DNA of 64,000 nucleotides from an uncultured bacterium (GCA_963845185.1 CAWJRG010000009.1:192001-256000), one strand, 5' to 3'. Positions 9,450-21,510 are shown, counted from the stretch's first letter. Numbers and translations are program-made. Notes: a model not told the origin generated them from the letters alone.

Positions 9450-11499
9450 AATGGCTTTTATTTTTATGGTGTTTGCGGTTTTTGCTTTTGCGGCGGATAA
9501 CTCGGATAATATACAGAATATTTACGACCCGAATTACACCCCGCCGCCTTCGCAGGAGCAGTTTTACGGCACTGCACAGCCGCAGCAATACAGCCCTCCG
9601 CCTACAAGCGAATATACAATACCAAAGAAACAGGTGCCGGGCGTTCAGCAGCAGCCGACGCCTTTTGTGACGCCGGTGCAGACCCAGCAGCCGCAAACGC
9701 AAAACGGTTCGGAACAGGATCCGAATGCCGTAGTGGTTACGGCAAGAAAGATACCGGAAATTCTGGATTTTGTCCCGCGTAATATCGAGATTATTCCGGG
9801 CAAGGAAATAGATATCCTGAATACAGTTGCAGACGTCCTTAATGCCCGGCCCGGTATTTTTGTCAATAGAACCAGCGGGTTCGAGGGAGTATCGACGATT
9901 TCCTTAAGAGGTGCGTCTTCGGAACAAGCGCTTGTAATGATAGACGGTGTGCCTATAAATGACATAGCGACAGGCAGCGCAGACCTTACAGGCCTTGAAA
10001 CAGCAGGCATCCAGAAAATTGAAATTGTCAGGGGCGGTGTGTCGTCAATATACGGCGCGGACGCCATGGCAGGTGTTGTAAATATCCTGACCGACCCTAT
10101 AATAAAAAAGATAATAACAGCAGGAGCTTATTACGGCACATATAATACGCAGAAACAGCTGCTGTCGTCATCTTATCAGATTGCAAACCTGAAATACGCG
10201 GTAAATGCAGTTCAGGAATCAAGCGACGGTTATATGGAAAATTCCGGTTATTTTAAAAGGGTTATAGACGGAAAAATAAAATTCAATTCCGATGCGTCGG
10301 ACACTGTGATTTCCGGGTATTATTTAAATAGGGAACAGGGCGTGCCGGGGACAATTGATTATCTGTCTCCAAACAACAAACAGTATGATGAAAATTATGA
10401 TATAGGTTTAAGTGAAGCACTTAATTTGAACCCGGCGGATTTAAAACTCGACGGGTTCATAAAATCCGGGACCTGAAATATTTTGACGCAATGAACGGCA
10501 ATTCCAGGCAAATGCAAAAAGAATATCAAATAAGCGCAATGGCTGTTTACGGCGAGGGAGGTTATTTGTCGGCCGTAGGCGGTTATGAGTATAACAAAAA
10601 AAATCTGAACAGCTCAAACGCAGGCATACAAGGGACATACAACAACGCAATACTGGCAAATGCAACGCTGAAAGTCATAAAACCGCTTGTTGTGAGCGGC
10701 GGGGTAAGAATGGATTTTAATTCTCTTTATGGAGACATGACGTCATATAACCTGGGAGCAAAATATGATTTGGGAGCAGATACGGATATTTATGCATCAC
10801 TTGAGAATTCGTACAGGGCACCGACTTTTGACGAGCTTTTTCTGGCCATATGAACCGTCGTTTGTCGAAAGCAACGGAAACACTGTGCCCGGGTATACAG
10901 GCAATCCAAACCTTAAGCCTGAGACATCGCTTTCATATGAGGCGGGCATTAAAAGATCGGATAAGATATTCCGGGAATCCTTTGCCTGGTTTTCAAGGGA
11001 AATCAAAAATATGATTAACGACTATGCGCCCAACCTAAATAATATTTACCTTTACGAACCTCAAAATATTGAAAATGCAAGGATTTTCGGCTTTGAAGGC
11101 AAAATCAACGTATCAATAAACGAAAAAGACGTGATTCAGGCAGGCTATACTTACATGAATGCTGTTAACGTAATGACAAACGTGAAACTACCGAACGCGC
11201 CGGAAGGAAAATTCAACGCGAGTCTTGAAAAGGAATTTCCATTCAGCATAAAAGCAAAGGTTGAATATGAGTATATAGACTCAAGGATTAACTCTTCCGG
11301 TTACATGTTAAAACCATATTCCATGCTGAATGCGGGGATCAGCCAGAAATTAAGCGAAAACTTAGATGTCTCTGTGGAAGTGAGCAATATTTTTAACAAT
11401 ACAAATTACAATACTTATTACAATACCCTGTACAATGTAGAGAGTGGTTATTTAATGCCCGGCAGGACAATTATGGCCGGCGGCCAGATAGCGTTTTAA
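9436..11499 (+). CDS. btuB: TonB-dependent cobalamin receptor, split into three ORFs by two single-base homopolymer indels (about 10468-10470 and 10837-10841)
   Basis: VVVTAR TonB box, plug (IDGVP, IEIVRG, YGADAMAGVVNI), YRAPTFDEL, GNPNLKPE, PGR, terminal F; +G and -T restore one frame. Confidence 0.88.
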
Positions 11500-11651
11500 T
11501 ATTGAGATAAGAAGCGTAATTAAAGACAAGCTCCCGCACGCGTCTTGCTTTTTGAGGCTGTCTCTAGATGAAATAGCGGGATATCAATCAAAAGCATAAA
11601 TATCGTTGAAAATCAATGCCTGCAGTAGTATACTTTTTTGCCAATTAAACT

Positions 11652-12308
11652 TTGAAAGGGGAACTGCTGCGGATGAAAAAAGCATTTTTTGTAATTGCTT
11701 GTATAGTGTTTTTTGCTGGCGTTTATTCGCAGGAAAGAAACGACAAATTCTTTTTTAAAAGCGGAACCGAAAAAATCAACCGCAGGGACTATCCTGGGGC
11801 CATTAATGATTTTAATAAAGCAATACAACAGAATCCTAAAAATCCGGAATCCTACTGTAATCGTGGACTAGCAAAAGACGCAATAGGGGATTATATTAAT
11901 GCAATTAAGGATTTCGACAAAGCATTATCGATGGACCCTGAAATTGTGGAGGCTTATTGCAACCGTGGAGTTGCTGAATACAAACTTGGCGAATATAAAA
12001 ATGCTATTAAAGATTATAACAAAGCCATTGAGCTTAAACCTGTATTTGCGGGTGCTTACTACAACCGCGGGCTTGCCAAAAGCAGCCTCGGAGACTATAA
12101 CGACGCGATTAATGATTATAACAAAGTAATAGTACTTAACCCTAAATACAAGGAAGCTTATTATAACAGAGGGCTTGCAAGAGAAGCATTAAGACAATAT
12201 AAAAGCGCATTAATGGATTATAGTACTGCAGGAAAACTTGGGGATAAAAGAGCTGCCGCGCATATTAAAGCAATAAAAGCAGTAATTAGTAAGTGGCAAT
12301 TGCGTTAA
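11652..12308 (+). CDS. Secreted TPR protein
   Basis: Signal peptide (ATG 11673 likely start); repeated AYxNRG...AIxDYNKAI.L.P. Confidence 0.9.
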   Translation: MKGELLRMKKAFFVIACIVFFAGVYSQERNDKFFFKSGTEKINRRDYPGAINDFNKAIQQNPKNPESYCNRGLAKDAIGDYINAIKDFDKALSMDPEIVEAYCNRGVAEYKLGEYKNAIKDYNKAIELKPVFAGAYYNRGLAKSSLGDYNDAINDYNKVIVLNPKYKEAYYNRGLAREALRQYKSALMDYSTAGKLGDKRAAAHIKAIKAVISKWQLR

Positions 12309-12325
12309 AAGGGAGGTTGTAAAGA

Positions 12326-14240
12326 ATGAAAAAAAAAGCAGTTTTGATGTTCATGGGGTTTCTGTTTTTGAGCATTCAGGCAAATGCATGGGATAATCAA
12401 CCAGCCGGAATGGGCTATACAAAAGGAGCAAACCTGTCAAATGTCAATGAATCAAATCAGGAAGGCATTATATTAAGCCAGGCTGAAAATCTTTTTAGCA
12501 TATCGCAATATGAGGATGCGATTGCGGAATATGAAAAAGTTTTAGTGATAAACCCAAATAATTTTGCAGCGCTTTTCCATGAAGGCGAATGTTATTATTA
12601 CCTTAAGAATATGGAAAAAGCGCTTGAACTTTTAGAAAAGGCTGAATCGATAAAACCCGAGACGGATGTAGAAAAACTGATTGATATAATTAATAAGATA
12701 TTGCAATTGAAAGAAAAAGCGGATAAAAAGCCATATCCACTGACTGGCGGGGATGCCAGACATATGGCTATGGGATACCCTGAAATTGTATTACCGGACG
12801 CGGCTTCAATAATAGACCTTTACAGTCAGGGCTTTTCATCATCGCTTGTTTCATGGCCGTTAAAAAATATTGTATACATCCCTATGGATGCATATAATTA
12901 TTTGAACAATGCAAATTATTACAATATTTCAAGGACAGCTCTTAGCCAAAACGAAGGCGGAGGCAGCTTAAACGGCGATAATTTTGACACGATTATATGC
13001 TGGTTTACGTATGACGATGTGATTTCGATTTTACCTGCGTTGACTTTTTTACAGCGGGCAATATGCGGGCTCCTATCCGGGATTGCCCGGCAACCAGCCG
13101 GGTTTTACAGATAATTTTTCCGGCAGTTTAAAATCAATAGAAATCAATTACGCAAGAAGGATTGCAGATACATGCTCTGCTGGATGCATGGTTGGGATCT
13201 CGGGTTATGATCAAAGCAATAAATACACAGACCATGAGGAGGATTATGACCTTTCCAAAGTCCAATATTTATTTTCTTTTACTTATATGGCGCCTTTAAG
13301 TGACAGGCACCTCGATTTTGCGCTTTCCTACGGCAGCAAGGGAAGTGTTGACCCTTATTATAACCTTGAGATTTCGGCATTATCGTATCCGTTTTCAAGC
13401 CGCATGACAATGCTTTATAATCTATACAATGAACAGGATAATTTTAAATGGCCTAATTATCAACCGAATGTGGATTGGAACGAAACGGATAATTATAATT
13501 TGAGCGGCTCGTCCATATCCGCAGGGGCAACATACAGGCAAAGCGGAACAGCGGAAGCTGTAGCGAAAATTAAATTTATCAACGGGATCAACGACAATGT
13601 TTCGGTAAACGGCGGATATACTTACAGCCCTACGGGCGAAAATCTATATTCATATGATAATTCGCGTTTGATGGTACAAAACGGGTCAGGGATTCAGGGC
13701 GTGTTTGAGGGAAGGTATTATCTGGGCCCGTTTATACTAGGAGCGAGGGTTGATTGTTTTAATTTTTCATATGCGTTTAACCCTTACTGGACAAGCGAAC
13801 AGCTGAATTCATCTGCGTCCATGCTTGATACGGCAGGCGGTGTGGATATTTGCCTGGAAAAATTTAATTTCCCTGTTGAGGTTCTCTATCAAACAGCTTC
13901 TTTAAATGAGGATGGAACGGCAGCTAAATATGACTGGTCATACTCAATATATGGCTTTAGACTAGGGGCAGAGTACAACCTGACCAGTAATTTTGCATTA
14001 AGGGCGGGCGGAGTATATAAAAGCGGCAGCAGGCGTTATTCGAGAATAATTACACTTGACCAAAACCTTGATATTAATATGTCGGAAATATTTTTAGGCG
14101 CAGGATTTACAGAAGACAATTTTGAATTTAATATTACCATCGGATATTACTATGAACAGGATGATGGAATGGTGCAGACTGTTTCAAACTATTCATCGAA
14201 TGAAATTGCAGTTGTCCCTGATATGAGGTATCTGTTTTAA
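12326..14240 (+). CDS. TPR-containing outer-membrane beta-barrel, PorV/FadL-like (frameshift at the T-run 13045-13050)
   Basis: Signal peptide, TPRs, DARHMAMG motif, amphipathic strands, terminal YLF; removing one T joins both ORFs. Confidence 0.65.
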
Positions 14241-14272
14241 ATATATGTTGTTTAAATGTTTAGAAAATATTA

Positions 14273-14301
14273 TTGCTAAAAATCGCTGATTTTGTTATAA
14301 T
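14273..14301 (+). promoter_or_regulatory. Sigma70 promoter of the mre operon
   Basis: TTGCTA-17 nt-TATAAT with TGn. Confidence 0.65.
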
Positions 14302-14350
14302 ACGCGTTGTTTAAATCGAAAATCATATTAATTTCAAGGAGGTTTTTAAC

Positions 14351-14557
14351 ATGCTTGGAGTTATACTTGGAGCATTACTGCTTTTGCTGTTTATCGGTCT
14401 TGTTGTTTTACAGGGCGCAATCGAGTGGTTTGATTTTGACCCTGACAAATGGCTTGAAAGCATTTTTATGAAGAAAGGTGCTGAAAAGGCAACTGGGAAA
14501 AAAGAGGCAAAAAAGCCTGCGAAATCAACTGCGAAAAAGAAAGGGTCTAAAAGATGA
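14351..14557 (+). CDS. Small single-pass membrane protein with Lys-rich tail
   Basis: AAGGAGG RBS; hydrophobic N-terminus; ATGA overlap with mreB. Confidence 0.75.
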   Translation: MLGVILGALLLLLFIGLVVLQGAIEWFDFDPDKWLESIFMKKGAEKATGKKEAKKPAKSTAKKKGSKR

Positions 14558-15603
14558 TATTTGATTATTTATTGGGACTGTTTTCAAACGACATGGCAAT
14601 AGACCTGGGCACTGCCACAACCCTGGTTTATATTAAAAACAGAGGCATAGTGTTGATGGAGCCGTCAATAGTGGCGCTTTATAAAGGCAGGGAAGTTATT
14701 GCCGTGGGAGAATCCGCAAAAGAAATGGTCGGGAAAACACCGGGCGATATTTTTGCTATAAGGCCAATGAAGGACGGGGTTATAGCGGATTTCAACGTGA
14801 CTGAAAAAATGTTGAGGTATTTTATTGTTAAAGTCCACAACAGGCATTCACTCATAAGCCCGAGGATAGCCATATCAGTGCCAAAGGGAGTGACGCCAGT
14901 CGAGCGCAGGGCAGTAAGGGAATCGGCCCTGCAGGCAGGAGCAAGGGAAGTTTACCTTATTGAGGAACCAATGGCTGCAGCCATCGGCGCCGGATTGCCT
15001 ATTGAGGAGCCGGTGGGGCATATGGTTGTGGATATAGGAGGCGGCACGACCGAGGTTGCGGTTATATCAATGGGCGGTCTGGTTGTGTGGAATTCTATAA
15101 GAACCGCTGGAGACAAATTTGACGAGGCAATAGCGGCTTACCTTAAAAAAGCATACAATCTGCAAATAGGGGAGAGGACAGCCGAAACCGTGAAAATAAG
15201 AGTGGGATGCGCGCAAAAACTCGACGAGCCACTTGACATGTTCGTAAAAGGAAGCGACCTTACCACCGGATTGCCGAGGACGATTAAAATAACTTCGGAC
15301 GAAATGGCAATAGCCCTGGAAGAGCCGGTAACAAAAATAATAGACGGCATTAAATACACTCTTGAACGCACAAAGCCTGAGCTTGCGGCGGATATAATAG
15401 ACAAAGGCATTGTTATGACCGGAGGCGGCTCCCTGCTCAAGGCTCTTGACCAAAAGCTGCGCGATGAAACAGGTGTACCGGTACATATCGCCGACAACCC
15501 GCAGGCCTGCGTTGTATTGGGCGCAGGGAAAATGCTTGAGGAACAGCTTGACGCGTTGCGGCGTTTGTCTTTTGAGGGCGAAGAAACCCATATCGCCACA
15601 TAA
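14554..15603 (+). CDS. mreB: Rod shape-determining protein MreB
   Basis: [37 protein letters not shown]. Confidence 0.98.
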   Translation: MIFDYLLGLFSNDMAIDLGTATTLVYIKNRGIVLMEPSIVALYKGREVIAVGESAKEMVGKTPGDIFAIRPMKDGVIADFNVTEKMLRYFIVKVHNRHSLISPRIAISVPKGVTPVERRAVRESALQAGAREVYLIEEPMAAAIGAGLPIEEPVGHMVVDIGGGTTEVAVISMGGLVVWNSIRTAGDKFDEAIAAYLKKAYNLQIGERTAETVKIRVGCAQKLDEPLDMFVKGSDLTTGLPRTIKITSDEMAIALEEPVTKIIDGIKYTLERTKPELAADIIDKGIVMTGGGSLLKALDQKLRDETGVPVHIADNPQACVVLGAGKMLEEQLDALRRLSFEGEETHIAT

Positions 15604-15606
15604 AAG

Positions 15607-16398
15607 ATGCGATACAGGACACCGAATAAATTTGTAGTTTACCTGATAATCTTTATATTACTTTTAATAATCATTATGCTATTGAAACAAACGCGATTCA
15701 ATTTCATTGCCAATTCTGTATCAAACACGCAGAAAAAAACAACGGCCTCTTTTTCCTATATTTCGGACTCGCTGGGCTCTGTTAAATATATTTTTTCAGC
15801 CAAATCAGACATTGAAAAAATGAAACAGGAAGCTCTAGTCTTGCAGACCGAAAACCAGGCGCTGATAGCGGAGAACAAGAGGCTTGAGCGGCTGCTTGAA
15901 CTTAAGAATTACAAGCCACACCCTTATTCGCCAAGGTGTTTTGCCAGTATAATAGCAGCCAATACAGATGGTATGATATATTATTACGTAATAGACAGGG
16001 GCAGGCAGGACGGGGTTGAAGAAGGCGACGGCATAATAACCGGCGGTTTTGCCGTAGGCAGAGTTATAAAAGTCATGGATAATACGGCGCAGGTGCAGCT
16101 TTTGACAGACACCAAAAGCAGCATTAGCGTGAAAACTGACCGCGGAAGGGTTGCCGGAATCCTGACGGGCAAAGGATACAACCTCTGCGAGATGAATTAC
16201 GTGCCGAAGGAAGAAGATGTAAAAAAGGACGATGTTGTAATAACTTCTTCGCTGGGAGGGTCTTTTCCGGAAGGGATACCAGTGGGAAAGGTTATAAACA
16301 TAAAAAAAGACATGCAGGGGCTGTCAATGTTTATCGAAGTGAGGCCCTTTGCCGATGTCTTTAAAATAGAAGACGTGATTATAGTTAAAAAGAGGTGA
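15607..16398 (+). CDS. mreC: Rod shape-determining protein MreC
   Basis: TM plus coiled coil (ENKRLERLL), IDRG..DGV, FPEGIPVG; synteny. Confidence 0.95.
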   Translation: MRYRTPNKFVVYLIIFILLLIIIMLLKQTRFNFIANSVSNTQKKTTASFSYISDSLGSVKYIFSAKSDIEKMKQEALVLQTENQALIAENKRLERLLELKNYKPHPYSPRCFASIIAANTDGMIYYYVIDRGRQDGVEEGDGIITGGFAVGRVIKVMDNTAQVQLLTDTKSSISVKTDRGRVAGILTGKGYNLCEMNYVPKEEDVKKDDVVITSSLGGSFPEGIPVGKVINIKKDMQGLSMFIEVRPFADVFKIEDVIIVKKR

Positions 16399-16405
16399 GG
16401 ATTTT

Positions 16406-16906
16406 ATAAAGTTAAATATCTGGTTCTGGATACTTCTGGCAGTTTTTATGGTCATAGATAATTCCATGTGCCTATTCAGCAGGCATTTGTCCTATGTTGA
16501 CTTTGCGATGATAGCTGGCATAATTTTTATCATGAAAGAACAGGCAGGGGCGGGTTTCCTTTTTATCCTCATAATTTCCGGCGTGCACGATATGCTTTTG
16601 TTTCCTTATATCGGCTTCACACTTTTGCCACGTTTCCTGACAATGATATTCGTCAAATTCATGTTCGATAACCTTTTCCGGGAGAATTACGCGTCAAAGT
16701 TTTTTATCATGGCATCAGGGCTTATAGCTAAAGAGCTGCTCTACGCCATGACAGTATGGGTTTTTTACTGGAATTTCAGGTTTTATTTTTTCAGCGGACT
16801 AAATGTCGCAAGGGCTGCGTTGTCCGTGTGCTTTGGCCTTGCCGCGGCGGGTTTACTGGGCCCCGGAGCGAGCATAAGGCCAAGGCTCAAGAAGGTTTTT
16901 AAATGA
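16406..16906 (+). CDS. mreD: Probable MreD (start ATA 16406 or ATG 16448)
   Basis: Hydrophobic multi-pass ORF between mreC and mrdA. Confidence 0.7.
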   Translation: MKLNIWFWILLAVFMVIDNSMCLFSRHLSYVDFAMIAGIIFIMKEQAGAGFLFILIISGVHDMLLFPYIGFTLLPRFLTMIFVKFMFDNLFRENYASKFFIMASGLIAKELLYAMTVWVFYWNFRFYFFSGLNVARAALSVCFGLAAAGLLGPGASIRPRLKKVFK

Positions 16907-18707
16907 TAAAAGACGACATAAATGAAAATATTAAGAACATTTACAAGAATTTCCAAAGGCTCAAATCATTAAGCTGGATTTTTGCAGCATTTTTCCTGGT
17001 AATCACAGGCAGGCTTTTTTATCTGCAGATCATAAAAGGCGCATATTACAAAAAACTCGCTTATGACAACTGCATACACGCCGTAAAAAACAGGGCAGCC
17101 AGGGGATATATTTACGACAGGAATTACAGAAAGCTTGTCACCAATATCTCGTCAAACACGTTCAGCGTAACGCCTTTTTATTTCAATCAAAACAAGGACA
17201 GAGAAGAGGCAATAACGGAAATCGCAAAAATGCTCGGCCTTGACGCGGAGACGATAAGATCAAAAATTGATAAAAACAAGCAAAATCTTTTTGAGCCGGT
17301 TGTCATAAAGAGGGATATATCGGCGCAGGAACTCGCGGCTTTAAAGGAAAAGAGCGCGGCTATAAACGGGCTTTCCATAGAGCAGGAGCCGAAGCGCTCT
17401 TACCCATATAAGAGCATGGCGTCGCATACGATCGGTTATGTCGGAGAAATAAACGAGGACCAGTTGAAGATGCAAAAATACGAGGGTTACTCGGGCGGGG
17501 ATATAATCGGGCAGACCGGAATTGAAAACACATATGACTCTTATTTGCGCGGGGAGGACGGTTCTATCCTCATACTCACGGATGCCATGGGCAGGCAAAA
17601 ACAGAAAAAAGACGAGCTGCAGTCCAAAAAAGGCAAGGACCTTGTGCTCACCATAGACTCGAAGCTGCAGAGGTATGCCGAATCCGTAATGGACGAAAGC
17701 AACCGCAAGGGTGCAGTCCTGGTGGAAGAGGTAAAAACCGGGGAAATACTGTGCATGGTTTCAAAGCCGGATTATGATTTGAATTATTTTAGCGGAAGGA
17801 TAGACTCAAAAGAATGGAAAAAACTCCTCCGGGACAAGAACAACCCTTTAAACAACAGGGTTGTGCAGGGGCTGTATTCGCCGGGATCAATTTTTAAAAT
17901 CGCGGTGGGCACAGGCGGACTCAACGAAAACGTGATAGACGCCAATACCAGTTTCCAGTGCGACGGCAGGTACTGGATAAAAACATGGCCTTATAAATGC
18001 TGGAAATCAAACGGGCACGGCTGGGTATCTTTTTATAAAGCCGTGGCAGAATCGTGCGACATTTTTTTTTATAAACTGGGACTTAAGATGAAGGTCGAAC
18101 TGCTCAACAAATACGCGCTTATGTTCGGCCTCAGCCAGAAAACAGAAATAGATTTACCTGGAGAAAAGGCAGGCCTTGTGCCGTCCAGGGAGTGGAAACA
18201 GAGGGTAGAAAGGTCGGAATGGTTTCCGGGGAACACGGTTATGATGTCAATAGGACAGGGGTATTTGATTGCCACGCCGTTGCAGATCATGAATATCATG
18301 GCTACTATTGCGAACGGCGGTTACTGTATGGTGCCGCATGTGGCAAAGGCAATTACACTTGATGACGGCAGTGTTTATAAAAACATTGAACCAAGGCATT
18401 TATTTGACTTGAACGTAAAGCCGGAAGTTATTAAAATGATGAGTACGGCATTGAGGATGGTTGTGGGCAGTTTCGCGGGCACGGCTAAAAAGGCCTCGGT
18501 TCAGGGCATAAAGGTGGCCGGAAAAACCGCCACTGTGCAGAACCCGCACGGTGAAACGCACGCGATGTTCGCCGGTTTCGCCCCGTACGATGACCCGAAG
18601 ATTGTCATATACGTGCTCGTCGAGCACGGAGGCGGGGGGGAGATGTCGCGGCCCCGATAGCGAGCAGGGTAATGGAATATTATTTTAAAACCTTGAGGGC
18701 AAAATGA
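16903..18707 (+). CDS. mrdA: Penicillin-binding protein 2 (apparent -1 frameshift in G-run 18634-18640)
   Basis: RGYIYDRN, PGSIFK, SCD, KTA; adding one G gives EHGGGGGDVAAPIA... ending in an ATGA overlap with rodA. Confidence 0.95.
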
Positions 18708-19834
18708 AATACATACCAGTAAATTTTTTCAGGCAGGCGCTGAAGGAGACCGGGAATTATTTTAAAAACATTAATGTAATCCTGCTTACGCTCACCCTCA
18801 TACTGATTTTTACCGGCATTGTCAGCATTTACAGCGCCACGTACGCAACACAAAAAATATTTTTTTACAAGCAGATAACCTGGTATGTACTTGGGCTCGT
18901 GCTCATGGTTATTTTTGCCAATATAAATTACAACATATTCATGGGCATAGCCAACCAGCTTTACTTTTTTTTCTGCGGCCTGCTTTTGCTTGTGCTTGTT
19001 TTCGGGCACAGTTCACTCGGGGCGCAAAGATGGCTGAAACTGCCGGGTTTTAACCTGCAACCGAGCGAGTTTATGAAACTGATACTGTCGTTTACCATTA
19101 TCAGATTTATAGCGGTGCACCAGAAGGAAAGTTTTACAATTAAAAACCTTTTTAAAATGCTGGGTATAATAATATTGCCCATGCTGATGATACTGAAGCA
19201 GCCGGACCTGGGTACGGCGATACTCATGGTGCCTGTGACACTTTTGATTTTTTTTATGGGCAATATGCCGTGGAAGAAACTCATCATGATAATTTTGATA
19301 GGATTAATTGTAATTCCGGCAGGGTATCATTTTTTAAAAGATTACCAGAAGCAGAGGATAATGATTTTTTTAAACCCGAACATAGACCCCATGGGCGCAG
19401 GATATAACGTGATTCAGTCGCAGATAGCGGTTGGGTCGGGAAACGCAGCGGGCAAAGGATGGCTGCGCGGTACGCAAAGCCAGCTGAATTTTATCCCCAT
19501 CAAGCATACGGATTTTATTTTTGCGGTTATTGCGGAGGAGTTCGGATTTTTGGGTGGCATATTCGTGATAATTATTTACCTTTTGCTTGTAATGGAGGGC
19601 CTTAATATAGTCAAACTCTGCAGGTTTTTGGGCGGCAAAATGATGGCTAGCGCAATTACCGGCATAATTTTCTGCCAGGTCATCATAAATATCGGCATGA
19701 ACATCGGCCTTATGCCGGTCACTGGCATCACCCTGCCACTGTTAAGTTACGGCGGGTCATCGACGCTGATGATTATGGCGGCCCTGGGCATAATGCAGAA
19801 TATATACAAAGAATACATGAAAGCGGAGGAATAA
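18704..19834 (+). CDS. rodA: Rod shape-determining protein RodA
   Basis: QPSEFMK, QPDLGT, HTDFIF, GITLPLLSYGGSS. Confidence 0.96.
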   Translation: MKYIPVNFFRQALKETGNYFKNINVILLTLTLILIFTGIVSIYSATYATQKIFFYKQITWYVLGLVLMVIFANINYNIFMGIANQLYFFFCGLLLLVLVFGHSSLGAQRWLKLPGFNLQPSEFMKLILSFTIIRFIAVHQKESFTIKNLFKMLGIIILPMLMILKQPDLGTAILMVPVTLLIFFMGNMPWKKLIMIILIGLIVIPAGYHFLKDYQKQRIMIFLNPNIDPMGAGYNVIQSQIAVGSGNAAGKGWLRGTQSQLNFIPIKHTDFIFAVIAEEFGFLGGIFVIIIYLLLVMEGLNIVKLCRFLGGKMMASAITGIIFCQVIINIGMNIGLMPVTGITLPLLSYGGSSTLMIMAALGIMQNIYKEYMKAEE

Positions 19835-19838
19835 AGAA

Positions 19839-21302
19839 TTGAAAAAAATTTACATCAATGTCGAGGATTTCGACACGTCCGTCGCCATAGTGGAGGACGA
19901 AAAACTCATTAATTTTTTCATTGAAAAAAACACGTTCGCCAAAACCGGCAACATATACAAGGGCAAGATTTCAAAAGTCGTCTCCAACATGAATTTTGTT
20001 TTTGTGAACATAGGCGACAAAAAGCCGGCTTTCCTTTCCGAAAAAGAATATTTTGATTCTGAAGGCGACGAGTTCAGGGAAATATTCGGGGATGAGGATG
20101 ACGGGGTGGATATTAAGCCGCAGGCCAGCATAATCGGTATTTTTGAGAAAGGCCAGGAGCTTATAGTCCAGGCGATAAAAGAGTCCTACCACACAAAAGG
20201 CGTCAGGCTTACCACAAACATAACTTTTCCGGGGCATTATGTGGTTTACGGGCCTTTTTTAAAGCACATTGGCATATCAAAAAGGATATTAAACGACGCT
20301 GAAAGAAAAAGGCTGCGCGGCATAGTCGAGCAGTTAAGAGACGAAATGAAGGAGGATTTTGGGGTCATAATAAGGACGCAGGCGCAGGGAGTGTCAAAAG
20401 ACGAGCTTGAAAGGGAAATAAAGTATTACATCGAGCTGTGGAAGCAGATTAAAGAGGATTTTAAAAAGAACAAAGCCCCTCTGCTTTTGTACAAAGAGCA
20501 TGGCCTGGCGGTCCGGGTTTTGCGGGAATATATGGATGACAGCGTGGAGGAAATAGTTGTGGATTCAGTGGAAGTTTGCAACGAAATGGAGTCTTACGCC
20601 CATAGCATCTACAAAAAAAACATAAACATCAAGTCGTACGCAGGGGCGAGCTCGATTTTTGAGTATTACAACATTAAAAACCAGGTGGACAACCTGCACA
20701 AAAACATAGTTTCTTTCAAAAAAGGCGGGTATATAAAAATCGACGTGACCGAGGCACTTACGGTTTTTGATGTAAACAGCGGCAAATTTAAGGGTATGGA
20801 CGACATGGAGGACGGCTTGCTCTTGATGAATGAGAACGCTGCAAAAGAGGTGGCCCGGCAGATAGTTTTAAGGAATATCGGCGGCATAATCGTTGTTGAT
20901 TTTATCGACATGCTAAAAGACGAGAACAAGGTAAAAATAAAAAAGATAGTTGAGACCGAACTCGGAAAAAGCAAGTCGACTTTTTTGGTTTCGGAAATAA
21001 GCCAGTTCGGGCTCATGGAAATAACCAGAAAAAGGGCGGTAAACCGGATAGAGGACATGTTTTTTGAAGAATGCCCGTGTTGCAAGGGCAGGGGCAGGGT
21101 TTTGAATAAAGAAGGCATGGTAATCGACGCCCTGAAAAAGATAAAGTACACATGCAAAAAAGAGCCGGGCAGGAACATTGTAGTCCAGCTGTCACCGGAC
21201 ATAAAACGAGAACTGGAAAAGGAATATAAGGACAAAATAAAAGAATATGAAAGAAAATATTTAAAGAAAATAACAATCAAGGAAGAGAAGGTCAAGAGTT
21301 GA
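19839..21302 (+). CDS. rng: Ribonuclease E/G family
   Basis: GNIYKG S1 domain, TEALTVFDVNSG, GGIIVVDFIDM, CPCCKGRG. Confidence 0.93.
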   Translation: MKKIYINVEDFDTSVAIVEDEKLINFFIEKNTFAKTGNIYKGKISKVVSNMNFVFVNIGDKKPAFLSEKEYFDSEGDEFREIFGDEDDGVDIKPQASIIGIFEKGQELIVQAIKESYHTKGVRLTTNITFPGHYVVYGPFLKHIGISKRILNDAERKRLRGIVEQLRDEMKEDFGVIIRTQAQGVSKDELEREIKYYIELWKQIKEDFKKNKAPLLLYKEHGLAVRVLREYMDDSVEEIVVDSVEVCNEMESYAHSIYKKNINIKSYAGASSIFEYYNIKNQVDNLHKNIVSFKKGGYIKIDVTEALTVFDVNSGKFKGMDDMEDGLLLMNENAAKEVARQIVLRNIGGIIVVDFIDMLKDENKVKIKKIVETELGKSKSTFLVSEISQFGLMEITRKRAVNRIEDMFFEECPCCKGRGRVLNKEGMVIDALKKIKYTCKKEPGRNIVVQLSPDIKRELEKEYKDKIKEYERKYLKKITIKEEKVKS

Positions 21303-21340
21303 AGCGATAATAAATTTACCTGAAATAAAAATTCGGATTA

Positions 21341-21382
21341 AAAGGGCGGTGCGCAGTGTATTGCATCGCCCTTTATTTTTTG
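21341..21382 (+). terminator. Intrinsic terminator or palindrome after rng
   Basis: AAGGGCGGTGC...GCATCGCCCTT followed by a T-tract. Confidence 0.65.
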
Positions 21383-21409
21383 TTAAAAAAGGTGTATAAT
21401 TTAGATAGA

Positions 21410-21510
21410 ATACCACTTGTCCTCGGCTGATGGCCTCGGACTGGAACGGGTATAAGAGTCCATAAGATTTTACCTTCACAAAAGATATGCTCGGCAAAAT
21501 CAACGGATTC
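21410..21510 (+). repeat. About 100-nt two-hairpin element, copy 1
   Basis: About 80% identical by eye to 43859-43957; lies after TATAAT (21395-21400) and before GGGAGG-ATG. Confidence 0.85.
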
